A DNA stretch of 64,000 bases, taken from IMG/VR virus record IMGVR_UViG_3300029825_000003, positions 9,513-73,512 of that record. The stretch is one strand, 5' to 3'. Positions 1 through 9,515 of the stretch are shown piece by piece (within the stretch, counting starts at the first letter, position 1; each line of letters begins with the position of its first letter). Made by a program: the position numbers and the translations under genes. The notes under the pieces are model-generated. The model did no database searches, was not told the DNA's origin, and saw only the letters and a list, made by a program, of their open reading frames with translations. The stretch is from a virus.

Positions 1-6
1 AAATAA

Positions 7-141
7 ATGGAATGTAAAAATTGTAAATTTTATAAACTGCTAGATAATGGGTATCATGGTCAGTGTGTTGTAGTACCAGAAAAGCATACATTAGTACATC
101 CGTATAGTTGCCAGTGTACTAAATTTGAGAAAAAAGAATAA
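7..141 (+). CDS. Small Cys-rich protein (44 aa, MECKNCKFY...GQC...CQC)
   Basis: Read by hand, below ORF-track cutoff; ATG 7, TAA 139-141. Confidence 0.7.
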   Translation: MECKNCKFYKLLDNGYHGQCVVVPEKHTLVHPYSCQCTKFEKKE

Positions 142-153
142 CGGTGAGGGAAA

Positions 154-372
154 ATGCAAGAAGGTAAAGTAAAAATAGCAGACGGCCGCCCTGAAACAAG
201 GGCCAGTCTAAGTAACTTCAAGAGTAAAATGCAATTAGAAAACCCCCTTGAAAAAATCACAATGGGGGATGCGATAGATTACGCGATAGTGCAGGCTGAA
301 AGAGTGCCTGCACTCGAAGAAGAAAACAAGAAATTAAAAGAGAGGATTGTGGAACTTGAAAAAGGGGAATAA
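154..372 (+). CDS. Hypothetical protein with C-terminal coiled coil
   Basis: ORF in co-oriented small-gene run; ALEEENKKLKERIVELE. Confidence 0.75.
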   Translation: MQEGKVKIADGRPETRASLSNFKSKMQLENPLEKITMGDAIDYAIVQAERVPALEEENKKLKERIVELEKGE

Positions 373-374
373 AA

Positions 375-617
375 ATGAAATCCAAATACGAAAAGGATCA
401 AGCTGATAGAGTAATAAAAGAACGTGCTGATAAATACAAAAATCGTATTTATGAATATATAAAAGAGAATAAAGAACTCCCTGACAGTTTAGATATAGCC
501 GATCATTTTAATATTCCTTGGGACGTTGCGGTTACTGCTACCCGGGATTTGGTAAAGGATGGGAAAATAGTGTGGAATGATGGATTGGAAATTAAAGGAG
601 AAAAAGAAGGAAAGTGA
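375..617 (+). CDS. Winged-helix DNA-binding protein
   Basis: IYEYIKENKELPDSLDIADHFNI...TRDLVKDGKI resembles a LexA-type wHTH. Confidence 0.6.
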   Translation: MKSKYEKDQADRVIKERADKYKNRIYEYIKENKELPDSLDIADHFNIPWDVAVTATRDLVKDGKIVWNDGLEIKGEKEGK

Positions 618-622
618 ATAAA

Positions 623-802
623 ATGAAAACTATCTCTAATTATTTATGGCAAATAGAAAGGCAATTTGGATTTTATCATTGTAAAAAATGTCGAATGTTG
701 GGTACAGATAAAAAATATTGCAGGTTCTGGAAAACGGGAGCTTCTGTAGGGCAATACTGCATTCATTGGGAGAGTAAGAAAAAATGATAAAAATAGGAGA
801 TG
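623..802 (+). CDS. Small Cys-rich protein (59 aa; CKKC, YCRFW, YCIHW)
   Basis: Read by hand; intact frame ATG 623 to TGA 800-802. Confidence 0.65.
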
Positions 803-874
803 AACTTTCTGAATTTGGTCAAGGAGGTCTTGCTGCATTGATTTTTGTATTCATTGAGGAAGGGGAATAAAACC

Positions 875-1044
875 ATGAAAGGATTCACAGCTATCATGGC
901 AGAAATAAAAGGATGTTATAACGTAAACGGCTATATATATATATATGTAAAGATTGCCCACGAGAACATGATGAATCAGAGTGTGAAGATTTTAGAGAAA
1001 AGGAAGAGATGGATTTACTGTATATTATAAAACTCACAGAATGA
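875..1044 (+). pseudogene. Cys-rich small gene frameshifted at a (TA)7T tract
   Basis: Removing one TA unit at 932-946 joins MKGF...NGYIYI to CKDCPREHDESECEDFREK, which matches the 1223..1414 protein at 10 of 21 positions. Confidence 0.6.
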
Positions 1045-1064
1045 GCTTGAGGAGATGAAATAAA

Positions 1065-1223
1065 ATGGGCCAACAATGCAAAAACTGTAAATCGTGGAAA
1101 CCACTTACCGAAGGATCTTGTTTAGGATATTGCACTGATTCGTTATCAGACACTCCCAATCTAGAATCAGATTGGTGTTGCGGATGGAAACCAATAAAAA
1201 TGTATGGTTCGGAGGTGTTTTAA
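1065..1223 (+). CDS. Small Cys-rich protein (52 aa; CKNCKSW...GYC...WCC)
   Basis: Read by hand; TAATG coupling to next gene. Confidence 0.7.
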   Translation: MGQQCKNCKSWKPLTEGSCLGYCTDSLSDTPNLESDWCCGWKPIKMYGSEVF

Positions 1224-1414
1224 TGCAGATTGGTTGTAGAAACAAGACTAAAAAATACATGTGCGAAGATTGCAACTGTATAACTGATAGTATAGAGTGT
1301 TATGAATTTAGAGATAAACACAGAGCGAGAACAGATATAAATGATAACGCGGAGCCTGTGCTGTTGACAGATGAGAAACGAAATGAGATATGGGAACGGA
1401 TGATAAACTCCTAA
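1223..1414 (+). CDS. Small Cys-rich protein (MQIGC...YMCEDC...EC)
   Basis: ORF track; start moved to ATG overlapping the upstream TAA. Confidence 0.7.
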   Translation: MQIGCRNKTKKYMCEDCNCITDSIECYEFRDKHRARTDINDNAEPVLLTDEKRNEIWERMINS

Positions 1415-1449
1415 ACATGAAGTTTTTGTAATCATAAAGAAGAAGGAGC

Positions 1450-1656
1450 TTGAGTAAAATGGTTAACGCCTGTGATGTATGCGAAGTATTTGAACAATGT
1501 GCAGAAGCATGTAACCGAAATGAAACTCGCCTCCCTGTTGAACTTGAAAAACTGGCAGCATGTAATTATGAGAGTCATGCAGAGTATGCGAAGGCAATAG
1601 GGAAGCCAGCTTATGTGATTGTGAAAAATGGAGAAGTTGTTGAGGGGCTTGACTAA
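1450..1656 (+). CDS. Small Cys-rich hypothetical protein
   Basis: ORF track; GGAG SD upstream; CDVC...C...C. Confidence 0.65.
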   Translation: MSKMVNACDVCEVFEQCAEACNRNETRLPVELEKLAACNYESHAEYAKAIGKPAYVIVKNGEVVEGLD

Positions 1657-1657
1657 A

Positions 1658-1936
1658 ATGAAATCCAAATACGAAACCATAACAGTAAAACAACTCGACA
1701 ACATGAAACACGCTCTCGGTCTCGATCAGACAAAAGCTAAACCAAAACGCGGGAAGTACACGGCTTATAGGAATTATTTCTGTACTTATGGGAAAAATGA
1801 CGAATGGGAATCACTTGTAGAATGTGGGCTGGCTACTTTCCATGTAGGAGATCCTTCTGTTTATTATCATGTTTCCGAAGAAGGGTTACAGTTTATGAGT
1901 GAGATTCTTGGGTTTAAGATAGTGGAAGGTGATTAA
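1658..1936 (+). CDS. Conserved phage-type hypothetical protein (MKHALGLD...YRNYFC)
   Basis: ORF track, start refined to MKSKYE. Confidence 0.75.
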   Translation: MKSKYETITVKQLDNMKHALGLDQTKAKPKRGKYTAYRNYFCTYGKNDEWESLVECGLATFHVGDPSVYYHVSEEGLQFMSEILGFKIVEGD

Positions 1937-2237
1937 AATGTATGAAATATTTGAATGTCTTCACTGTGGTTATATATTCGACATGACAGACGAAGGAAGA
2001 AAAGATTTCACAAAAACAGGAGGCTGTATAATAAAATGCCCTGAATGTGAATGTCTTGGATTAGAGCCTTACGATATGAAAAAACAACGCTCCGGTTGTC
2101 TATCATTTGAAACTAAAGAGTTTACATCTTGTGATGGTTGCTTCTTTGAATATCCGAACGATTGTAATGATTATAGGAGGGTTTCAAGGGTTTATCAGGT
2201 ATTGACTGTAGATTTTAAAGAAACTGTTTGGAAGTGA
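1929..2237 (+). CDS. Zinc-ribbon protein
   Basis: CLHC...CPEC and CDGC motifs. Confidence 0.7.
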   Translation: MIKMYEIFECLHCGYIFDMTDEGRKDFTKTGGCIIKCPECECLGLEPYDMKKQRSGCLSFETKEFTSCDGCFFEYPNDCNDYRRVSRVYQVLTVDFKETVWK

Positions 2238-2302
2238 AGAAAAATGCAATGCCCGTACTGTAAAAAACACTATACAATGAGATGATTAAGGAGATGGGAT
2301 AA

Positions 2303-2485
2303 ATGGATATAACAAAATTCAATACCGACCTCAAAAGAAAAAACGAATTATTGACGCAGATCGATAAAAAGATAACATGGTTAGAAGCGAGGTCTGATAA
2401 ATTATTTAACGAGATCAGAGAGATGTATAAAACTGCATACCATGAAGGACTTTGGTATAATGAAGAGGAGGATGAATGGAAATGA
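2303..2485 (+). CDS. Small coiled-coil hypothetical protein
   Basis: ORF track; coupled to neighbours. Confidence 0.65.
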   Translation: MDITKFNTDLKRKNELLTQIDKKITWLEARSDKLFNEIREMYKTAYHEGLWYNEEEDEWK

Positions 2486-2652
2486 AATTTGAAATACTCG
2501 ATACAGTTCAGACAAACGATTATTACAATGAACTTGTTGGAGGTTATTTTATTGGAACTGTGATTGGTGTAATACCCACTGAGAGATATAGATTAGACGT
2601 TGGAAAAGGGATTACTACGATAATTCATGAGAGTTTTATTAAGAAATTTTAA
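2482..2652 (+). CDS. Small SH3/KOW-like beta protein (56 aa)
   Basis: Read by hand: MKFEILDTVQT...GTVIGVI...YRLDV...IIHESFIKKF. Confidence 0.6.
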   Translation: MKFEILDTVQTNDYYNELVGGYFIGTVIGVIPTERYRLDVGKGITTIIHESFIKKF

Positions 2653-2790
2653 GAGGCAAAAGAGAAATGGAGTTGAATTTTTCAGAAGAAGACTTGCAGT
2701 ACTTCTTTATGAAGAGGAAAAACGATTCTGCGAGACGTTAATGTACAGTACGAAAATTGATGAATTAGAGAAGAGAAAGGAGCAATTAAT

Positions 2791-2949
2791 ATGAAATGTA
2801 CTTCATGTAAAAACTATAGACTCGAAGCGGGTTGTTGTGTACTAAACGATGAATTGGAAGGGTACGGTATGAATGTAAATGAAATTAATAGAATATGGGG
2901 AATATCCTTTGAAGATTGTAATAGATGTGAGGTTATAGTACAGGAATGA
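2791..2949 (+). CDS. Small Cys-rich protein (52 aa; CTSCKNY...GCC)
   Basis: Read by hand; intact frame. Confidence 0.65.
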   Translation: MKCTSCKNYRLEAGCCVLNDELEGYGMNVNEINRIWGISFEDCNRCEVIVQE

Positions 2950-2955
2950 TAATAA

Positions 2956-3183
2956 ATGCACATAAAAATAGGCAATATTCAAATATTTTCATTAGATTTA
3001 CCTGAGGACGTAAGAGTAGTTAGAACTTGGGTAGATCATGAATATAGAGCGATTTCATTTTTATTGGAAAGTGAGTCATTCGATGAAGTAGAGGAAGGGT
3101 ATAGAGCACCTGAAATAAATTACATGCAAGTAACTATTAAAAAACATGATACGGAGACTGTAAATGAAACTCCCCTCTTATAA
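2956..3183 (+). CDS. Hypothetical protein
   Basis: ORF track; last gene of plus-strand run. Confidence 0.7.
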   Translation: MHIKIGNIQIFSLDLPEDVRVVRTWVDHEYRAISFLLESESFDEVEEGYRAPEINYMQVTIKKHDTETVNETPLL

Positions 3184-3200
3184 TTGAAGAGGATAACTAA

Positions 3201-3410
3201 TTAATCTTTTTTTACCCATTTCCCAACACTACAAATCGCCACCCCACAAACCCATAATTTTTTCACCTCACAATAACCAACAAGCCCCTCCCAATCGGGT
3301 TGAAAGTTTTTACAAGAAATACATCGCTCGATTGTGAATTCTTTTGATTTTCTTAATTCCTCTTTTTGTGCGGCGATTTCTGCGAGAGTAGGATAACAAT
3401 TCATGCACAA
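3201..3410 (-). CDS. Small Cys-rich protein (CISCKNF...GYC...C)
   Basis: ORF track; same Cys pattern as 7..141. Confidence 0.65.
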   Translation of the reverse strand: MCMNCYPTLAEIAAQKEELRKSKEFTIERCISCKNFQPDWEGLVGYCEVKKLWVCGVAICSVGKWVKKD

Positions 3411-3507
3411 TTTTAAGACCCCCGGAGTAATAATAAGAGGACTATTGTGAGGGAAAGGATCTGGAGAAGAACTTCGGAGCGCATATTAAAGAGATGGAGA
3501 GTAAGAT

Positions 3508-3521
3508 AAAAAAGGAAAATT
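3508..3521 (-). terminator. Oligo-T terminator motif AATTTTCCTTTTTT
   Basis: Directly after the stop of 3520..3897; the same 14-mer recurs near 4798 and 24407 downstream of minus-strand genes. Confidence 0.55.
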
Positions 3522-3897
3522 AATTTAATTTAGTCAGATGCTCAAAAGCTATCCTTATATCCTTCCAGTTACCAATAAAGAAATAAGCTTGCGGGTTGCA
3601 CCAATCTTTTAAATCTTGATAATATTCCGGTTCAATAGCCTCAACTGTTTTAATAACTATCCATGCATATTGAGATAGAGTACTTAATGAGTATCCCGTA
3701 ATAGTCGTGTTATAGGAATCATCTACTTCATCTTTATATTCTGCGATCTGGTCAAGATACCAATCTTCCCCGATTAAGCGCATGTTGTAGCCTTCTGGTT
3801 TTCCGGCTTTCTCGAGAAAAGAGTCTGCTTCTTCTTCGGATTTGCCTTTTAGATGTGGAATTCTTGTTACTGTGCCTGATTTTAGTTTGAATATCAT
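3520..3897 (-). CDS. Hypothetical protein
   Basis: ORF track; GAGG SD upstream. Confidence 0.75.
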   Translation of the reverse strand: MIFKLKSGTVTRIPHLKGKSEEEADSFLEKAGKPEGYNMRLIGEDWYLDQIAEYKDEVDDSYNTTITGYSLSTLSQYAWIVIKTVEAIEPEYYQDLKDWCNPQAYFFIGNWKDIRIAFEHLTKLN

Positions 3898-3909
3898 AAT
3901 TAATCCTCA

Positions 3910-4773
3910 TTAAACTTTTATATCCCATTTTTGAGAGTCCTGGTCCCAATAAAGCCCGACTGAATCTTTTAATCTCTGCCACTCTTTCGCGTCTGTATCT
4001 GTCCCATCTCCCTTGTATATCTCGGCTCGATGTCTGCACCGGGGTTCTTGGAGCACTTTCTCAGCATAATTACTCTGGAGAGTATTCCAGGTGAAGACCT
4101 GGCCCAAGAGACAGACATGATGTGGGCGCGCGATTTCATCGGCAGGCCCTACAAAGACCCATTGAGAATGGTTCTTAATGTACGCCTGTTTGCGGCCTTC
4201 TTCATAGGCTCTGTGTGAGGCGATCTCGGCAAGGAGTGTAGAGTAGGTTAAGACACTCGCATAAAACGGCTTAGAAATGGTTTTAGAACGTTCCGATATT
4301 TTGAGATCTTTGTCTACATAGAGTTCTTTCTTTTTCTTACCGCCATTATCAATTACAATGTTTTCCTTTCCCTCAAAAACATCCTGGACGTATTTTTGGA
4401 TTTCTTCTTTGGAACTGCCAGCTTCGGACATCTCTTTAACTTTTGTCAATATCTGAGTTTGGGCTGTGGTATTGAACTTCTTAATATTACCTAAAAAGAG
4501 AGCTAAGAGGATAGCGAGTTCTGCTTTTTCTTCATCTGTGAGACCGTCTTCCTCTTGATCTTCAGCCGACTTAACGGCTGGGAGTTGTTTAGCTGGGATA
4601 CTTTTAGCTGGGAGGGTTTGTACTGGGATAGTAGATTGATGTTTTTCACCTGCTGTCCGTCCTGCTATGTAATTGATTGATATTTCTTGCGAGAGGGCTT
4701 CGGCTTGAGAGGATTCAATTTGAGAAAAGGCTTTTTTGAGGGACTTCTTGAATATGGTAAGATTGAGAGGCAT
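3910..4773 (-). CDS. MuF-like minor head (SPP1 gp7-type) protein
   Basis: C-terminal WVFVGPADEIARPHHVCLLGQVF...EPRCRHR motif; downstream of portal. Confidence 0.75.
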   Translation of the reverse strand: MPLNLTIFKKSLKKAFSQIESSQAEALSQEISINYIAGRTAGEKHQSTIPVQTLPAKSIPAKQLPAVKSAEDQEEDGLTDEEKAELAILLALFLGNIKKFNTTAQTQILTKVKEMSEAGSSKEEIQKYVQDVFEGKENIVIDNGGKKKKELYVDKDLKISERSKTISKPFYASVLTYSTLLAEIASHRAYEEGRKQAYIKNHSQWVFVGPADEIARPHHVCLLGQVFTWNTLQSNYAEKVLQEPRCRHRAEIYKGDGTDTDAKEWQRLKDSVGLYWDQDSQKWDIKV

Positions 4774-4797
4774 TGATAAAAAAAGGATAGGGAGTTT

Positions 4798-4811
4798 AAA
4801 AAAGGAAAATT
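4798..4811 (-). terminator. Oligo-T terminator motif AATTTTCCTTTTTT
   Basis: Just after the stop of 4817..5563. Confidence 0.5.
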
Positions 4812-4816
4812 AAAAA

Positions 4817-5563
4817 TTATTGTTTCACATATTCATTTATAGTCTTTATAGCCGCTGGATATTTTTCTCCAAATTTCTTCTGCCATCTGTCCCACATTTG
4901 ATAATCAATTTCCCATTTTCTAGGAAATGAAACTTTAACTCTACACATTTCAGTATTGATATTTTCAGCGTCTTCTAGATACCAACGTGGAACGTTTTCT
5001 TCTACAAGAATTTTGTAAGGCACAACACTATAACTTAACTGGCTGCCTCCAACTTCTTCCATTAATTTTAGATAAGTTTCGAGACTACGGTCATCTAGTG
5101 GGACTATTGTATGTCCATTTGTTTCGCATACAAAAGTTTGTGTGGATTTTTTTACTAATTCGTTTTGTGTTTTCCACACTCGTGATCTTTTATCATTTCC
5201 AGTTTCAGGACGTTCTAACGTCTTTGAAACCCACTGTATAAACTTAGCAGTAATTCCTTCTTCTTTAAAATTCTTAAAGTTCTCAACATCAGCTTTTATC
5301 TCTTCAGGAATTTTAAAGTAGTACGTTGCATAAGTGCAATCGAATTCGTCGTCTTCATCGGATATATAATAAGGACTGTTTATGAGGTTCTCATTGGGAT
5401 AATCTTCCCGATTTCCTCCTCCTGTTCTCGTATAGATGTAAATACCATCATCTGAAAATCCACAGTCTCTATATCTCTGAACATCGTTCTCTTTGAGTTC
5501 CAGAATTGCTAAAACGATATCTGTGTTTGGGTTTTTTCCAAAAAGTAAATTATATAAACTCAT
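4817..5563 (-). CDS. Conserved phage hypothetical protein (YRD...IYTRTGGGNR)
   Basis: ORF track; start refined to MSLYN after GGAG SD. Confidence 0.75.
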   Translation of the reverse strand: MSLYNLLFGKNPNTDIVLAILELKENDVQRYRDCGFSDDGIYIYTRTGGGNREDYPNENLINSPYYISDEDDEFDCTYATYYFKIPEEIKADVENFKNFKEEGITAKFIQWVSKTLERPETGNDKRSRVWKTQNELVKKSTQTFVCETNGHTIVPLDDRSLETYLKLMEEVGGSQLSYSVVPYKILVEENVPRWYLEDAENINTEMCRVKVSFPRKWEIDYQMWDRWQKKFGEKYPAAIKTINEYVKQ

Positions 5564-5576
5564 GTTATTTGCTCCT

Positions 5577-5768
5577 TTAATCTTTCCTGCTGAAAGTACA
5601 ATTCTCATTCGGGCACACTTTACCCTTCTTTACCCAAGTTTTAGTACTGTTATCATAGACTCTATAAGGCTGTAAATAATGTTTTTTACACGCAGGGCAT
5701 ATTTCCCTAGGCTTGCATTGTTTTTCATTTACTGTGCGTCCTTGTTGCTGTCTTTCACCGACTTTCAT
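5577..5768 (-). CDS. Small zinc-finger protein
   Basis: CPAC...CPNENC. Confidence 0.65.
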   Translation of the reverse strand: MKVGERQQQGRTVNEKQCKPREICPACKKHYLQPYRVYDNSTKTWVKKGKVCPNENCTFSRKD

Positions 5769-5788
5769 TTAATACCTCAAAAAATTGA

Positions 5789-5965
5789 TTAACAGAGAAG
5801 GTGTTCACCCCACATTCTCTTTGCATCCCCTCCGTGATTATATACCCAATCATAGAAACTTTCTGCTCCAGATTCTGTCTTGAAAACTTTGCTGTTAGTC
5901 GTAACGCCATTCATCGAGTAAACAACTTTGAAAGGATATTCGTGTTTTGGGTTTATTCCTAGCAT
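5789..5965 (-). CDS. Small hypothetical protein (58 aa)
   Basis: Read by hand: MLGINPKHEYPFKVVYS... Confidence 0.55.
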   Translation of the reverse strand: MLGINPKHEYPFKVVYSMNGVTTNSKVFKTESGAESFYDWVYNHGGDAKRMWGEHLLC

Positions 5966-6030
5966 CTTTTTGTCACGTCCTTTTATCTTACTTCTATATT
6001 CTAATACGCAGAACTCATATATAAAACTAT

Positions 6031-6129
6031 GTGTAATAACTACTAATTTTTACACTAAATAAAATTAATTTCTTGTTTTCGGTTTCATGGTTAAAATACA
6101 CTTGTAATAATAGTAATATTTACACAAGT
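6031..6129. promoter_or_regulatory. Divergent promoter region with two related imperfect palindromes
   Basis: TGTAATAA-N-TAAT-N-TTTACAC occurs at ~6032-6055 and ~6103-6125 between divergent genes. Confidence 0.55.
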
Positions 6130-6178
6130 TTTAAATACTTGAAAACTAATTACTATATACTAAGGTACTAGGAAGAGG

Positions 6179-6412
6179 TTGAGTCAAATGATAAGCAGAA
6201 AAGGCAGAATGAGCAAATGGGATAAAATCCAGAAAACACTTAAGAATGCAAACCCGAAGGATATACACGAAGTTTATACTCTCTTAGAACAGTTCCGGCT
6301 TACAGGTGCTGAAGAAAGACAAATCGCACAGAGCTGGCAGAGAGAACAGGAAATGTTAAGAGTACATGGAAAAGGGGCTTATGCTCCTTGTCCTACCCCA
6401 GTGGTGGTTTAA
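6179..6412 (+). CDS. Hypothetical protein (inverted insert between portal and MuF)
   Basis: ORF track; own TATA upstream. Confidence 0.65.
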   Translation: MSQMISRKGRMSKWDKIQKTLKNANPKDIHEVYTLLEQFRLTGAEERQIAQSWQREQEMLRVHGKGAYAPCPTPVVV

Positions 6413-6413
6413 A

Positions 6414-6557
6414 ATGGTTCTTCCTGTACGAACTGAGTTTTGTAACAACTGCAAATCAAGAACAAAAAGGTTCTTCTGTTGGAATAAGAATTCTGCTTAC
6501 TTTAGACATAGAGTAGCAGATGAGTTTTTTTGTATCTGCTGGAAAAAGAGGAATTAA
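6414..6557 (+). CDS. Small zinc-finger protein
   Basis: CNNC...C...CICW; start refined to MVLP. Confidence 0.55.
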   Translation: MVLPVRTEFCNNCKSRTKRFFCWNKNSAYFRHRVADEFFCICWKKRN

Positions 6558-8362
6558 TCTTCCTCAAAAACGGTTTCTATTGTATTCTTCCCTGTTTTAT
6601 ATGCATCCTGTAACTTTTTTACAAGTTCTTTTTCCTTAAATCCGCTTGGATCGGTAGGGGAAGCAGAGATTACCCCCTGCTCAGTCATTGCCCCGTAGAT
6701 GAGCGATTTCAAAATAGCATTAACCTGTTTTGCCTCGTCTTCTGTGATAGTTTCCTGCGGCTTTTCCTGCGCCTCGTAGTTAGCTAATTCTAATAGACCA
6801 TAACCATACTCCTCACCCAATGCCTGAACGTCTTCCTTAGAAGCTCCTACAGCTTTGATGTTTGTCAGTGTTTCCGCGTAAGTTTTAGCGACCTGAGCTT
6901 CGTTAAGAAGATCTTTTGTATCTGGAGTATCCAGAACGAAATGAGCTTTAATATCTTCAAATTTATATGCCCCGTCTGTGCCTTTCCATTCTCTTTCAGC
7001 AAACATTAATTTTATTAATCTGTCTGCTGCCGCTTCGTATTCTGTCCTTTCGCCTGCATGTACTGAATTGAATATTTGCAGGATATTTCGTGAAGAGGCT
7101 AGTTCAGTGCCTGTCGCATCAATAAGCGACATCGGGAAACCTAGAGCCTGCCCTATTTCTTTATTAAGTTGGTCGATTAACATTTGTATAAAGGAATCTG
7201 ATACTGATTTAGCACTTTCAACAGGCTCAAGAGTAATGTCAGGAGCAGTCGTTAAGGACCCTCCGGACTTCATGCTCTTTGTGACATTATCAGAAAGAGT
7301 CTGCATTGAGGCAATATAAGCGTTATAGTTTGCGATTTCTGCCGCGTAATTAAACGATCCTTCCGCAGGTTTTCTAGGGACTGACGTAATAAAAACAGGG
7401 TTTCCAGTCATGTCCTTGCCGATTTGGATCATGCCATTTTTAACATGGATAAAAGGACTGAGAATCGCATAAATGAGATTAGGCGCATTAACTAAGAGAA
7501 GCCTTTTCAACCATATCGCTAAAATAATACTATCCATCGGCGCATGATCTGTTTTATACTCCTCATCATAATAATAATTATGATCCTGCTTGACATCAGT
7601 ATTATGCATTGCCAGAATACGTTCTGCGGCTGCGATTCTTAGATTATTGACATCTGTGATATTATAATCAGTTTTATATTTCTCAAAAAGAGCTTTTACA
7701 GCTTCGTTATTTCCTGTTTCCCTCTGATCTATGTACGTCCCGTATGTATCCATGGTACTCCCAAAAGGAATAAACCAGGAATCTACATCCATAGTAGTTC
7801 CCATGGTAGACCAGGACGTTTTTACCATGGCACGTTGATGGTATGCTATTATTGAGCTATCCCATGGATCAGAAAAGACTTCCATGGTAGAAGGTTCTAA
7901 CTTTTCTAAGCGGGATATTTTACCGGCTTGGTCTTTATCCATTCGACGGTAAGAGTGACCTACAAGAATACCGAAATCCTTGTAATCATCCCTAAAAACC
8001 TGCATCAGTTGAATGGATTCTAACCAGTCTGTTATTTCCTCGATTGCCTGAGAATAGAGTTTATTGTCCTTTGTCTGGACCGTGAAGCCTTGTAGAAGAG
8101 TATTTTTCAGGTAGGGATAAATTGTACCGCTTAAGAGCGGATCTGCTTCAAACGCTTCTTGCCGGAGTTTAGGAGTCGCATGAGGGAGCTTGTGTTTAGT
8201 TTCATGAATCCATTTTAGAAGGTGCTCGTGATTGAGGAAATGCGATTCTATGGGTTCGGCTGCACTTGCTCCGACTGCGGTTGAGGTTTTATCTGTGGGT
8301 GGATTAGCAGATGAGAGTTTAGGAGAAGTAGAAAAAAGAGATGATAGTTTTGGGAGTTGCAT
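6554..8362 (-). CDS. Portal protein
   Basis: 602 aa, between terL and MuF; EADPLL...GFTV, GHSYRR...RLEKLEP, ALGFPMSLI motifs are portal-like. Confidence 0.75.
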   Translation of the reverse strand: MQLPKLSSLFSTSPKLSSANPPTDKTSTAVGASAAEPIESHFLNHEHLLKWIHETKHKLPHATPKLRQEAFEADPLLSGTIYPYLKNTLLQGFTVQTKDNKLYSQAIEEITDWLESIQLMQVFRDDYKDFGILVGHSYRRMDKDQAGKISRLEKLEPSTMEVFSDPWDSSIIAYHQRAMVKTSWSTMGTTMDVDSWFIPFGSTMDTYGTYIDQRETGNNEAVKALFEKYKTDYNITDVNNLRIAAAERILAMHNTDVKQDHNYYYDEEYKTDHAPMDSIILAIWLKRLLLVNAPNLIYAILSPFIHVKNGMIQIGKDMTGNPVFITSVPRKPAEGSFNYAAEIANYNAYIASMQTLSDNVTKSMKSGGSLTTAPDITLEPVESAKSVSDSFIQMLIDQLNKEIGQALGFPMSLIDATGTELASSRNILQIFNSVHAGERTEYEAAADRLIKLMFAEREWKGTDGAYKFEDIKAHFVLDTPDTKDLLNEAQVAKTYAETLTNIKAVGASKEDVQALGEEYGYGLLELANYEAQEKPQETITEDEAKQVNAILKSLIYGAMTEQGVISASPTDPSGFKEKELVKKLQDAYKTGKNTIETVFEED

Positions 8363-8406
8363 ATATTAGACTGATTGTAAAAAAGATATAAAAGAAAATT
8401 AAATAA

Positions 8407-8751
8407 TTACACTTCGTGCAGGATAATAATTATTGTATCACCTTCTTTTATTTCTCTAAAAAAATCCGCGTGAACTGGAAGCCTGCCTTTTTTTTGGAAT
8501 ATTGGTTTAAGTTCTGAAAAACATCTCCGCGTTCCTTGCCGGATATTGTCCTCATTGACTGTGAAAGAATCTTCAGTAGTAAGAAAGAACAAGCTTTTCA
8601 AAACAAGAACATCTATTTTAAGCCCTTGCGTTAGTTTGCTTGTTATGCTGCCCGCTTGAAGTTTTCCTTCATATTTTTCTGTCTTCGATATATCTGAAAA
8701 TGACTTAACGACTGTATGTTTAATTCCTGAAAATATTATTTTTGAAGTCAT
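8407..8751 (-). CDS. Hypothetical protein (insert between terL and portal)
   Basis: ORF track; followed by oligo-T. Confidence 0.7.
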   Translation of the reverse strand: MTSKIIFSGIKHTVVKSFSDISKTEKYEGKLQAGSITSKLTQGLKIDVLVLKSLFFLTTEDSFTVNEDNIRQGTRRCFSELKPIFQKKGRLPVHADFFREIKEGDTIIIILHEV

Positions 8752-8789
8752 TCGATATCCCCAGTTGCCAAAAATAGGAATTAGTTTTC

Positions 8790-9446
8790 CTATTCGGCTT
8801 CATCTTTGAGGGTTTCCTGCATAAGCTTAAGCTCGGTCTTATAGTCGGCTCTTGAGTGATTCACATACACAACGTCTTCGCTCTCAAGGGTTTCTATTAT
8901 ATTATCAAGAACTGTGTCATTGTCGAGATCTGAATCCATGAAATTGATGTTTGAATATCCAAGGAGATCTATTATATCAGAATATCTCTGGAACCCATCT
9001 CTTACATCGAAGTAATAATATTTGTCATGTTTTGGGGCTTCGATAATGGCATTTTCAATCTTTGACCATTCGCCATAAGCATCATCGTTTTCAAAACTGA
9101 ATCTGCCTTTCCAGTTTGAACCGTCCCAGAATAAGTCGAATTTGGCACCGATGTCCTGGAGAAGAGGTTGGATTTTTTCTTTGTAATAATCTGCAAACTC
9201 TTCAAAGTCTGTATCTTCTGGAATCGTAAATTCAGACGCAAGCCCATTCCAGACAGCTCCGTCAGTGGAATTTGTTTTCATCTGAGTTTCAACGATGGCA
9301 GTTTTCTTTTTCCAGTCAACATAAAGCATTATTCTGCAAATGCTCTGACTATTCTGCATGGGGTCGGCTTCCCAAAATTGGGCGGGTTTCCAGTTTTCAA
9401 CGTTCTCATTCTTCAGTGCAAAATTAGTGTTTTCGGTTGTCATCAT
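8790..9446 (-). CDS. Acidic hypothetical protein with its own promoter
   Basis: ORF track; upstream TATA and inverted repeats CTGTA-N5-TACAG and CACCCAA...TTGGGTG. Confidence 0.75.
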   Translation of the reverse strand: MMTTENTNFALKNENVENWKPAQFWEADPMQNSQSICRIMLYVDWKKKTAIVETQMKTNSTDGAVWNGLASEFTIPEDTDFEEFADYYKEKIQPLLQDIGAKFDLFWDGSNWKGRFSFENDDAYGEWSKIENAIIEAPKHDKYYYFDVRDGFQRYSDIIDLLGYSNINFMDSDLDNDTVLDNIIETLESEDVVYVNHSRADYKTELKLMQETLKDEAE

Positions 9447-9515
9447 ATGTCACCTGTAGTATATACAGTGCACCCAATATATTTAAGTGTTTGGGTGATT
9501 GGACTTTGAAAAAAA

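Noticed and set aside
620-2790. Apparent cluster of homopolymer frameshifts in the left small-gene run
   Set aside because: On recounting, 623..802 and 1065..1223 are intact and 2667..2741 is ambiguous. Only the (TA)7 case is supported; a possible A6 shift at 2262-2267 is too short to judge.
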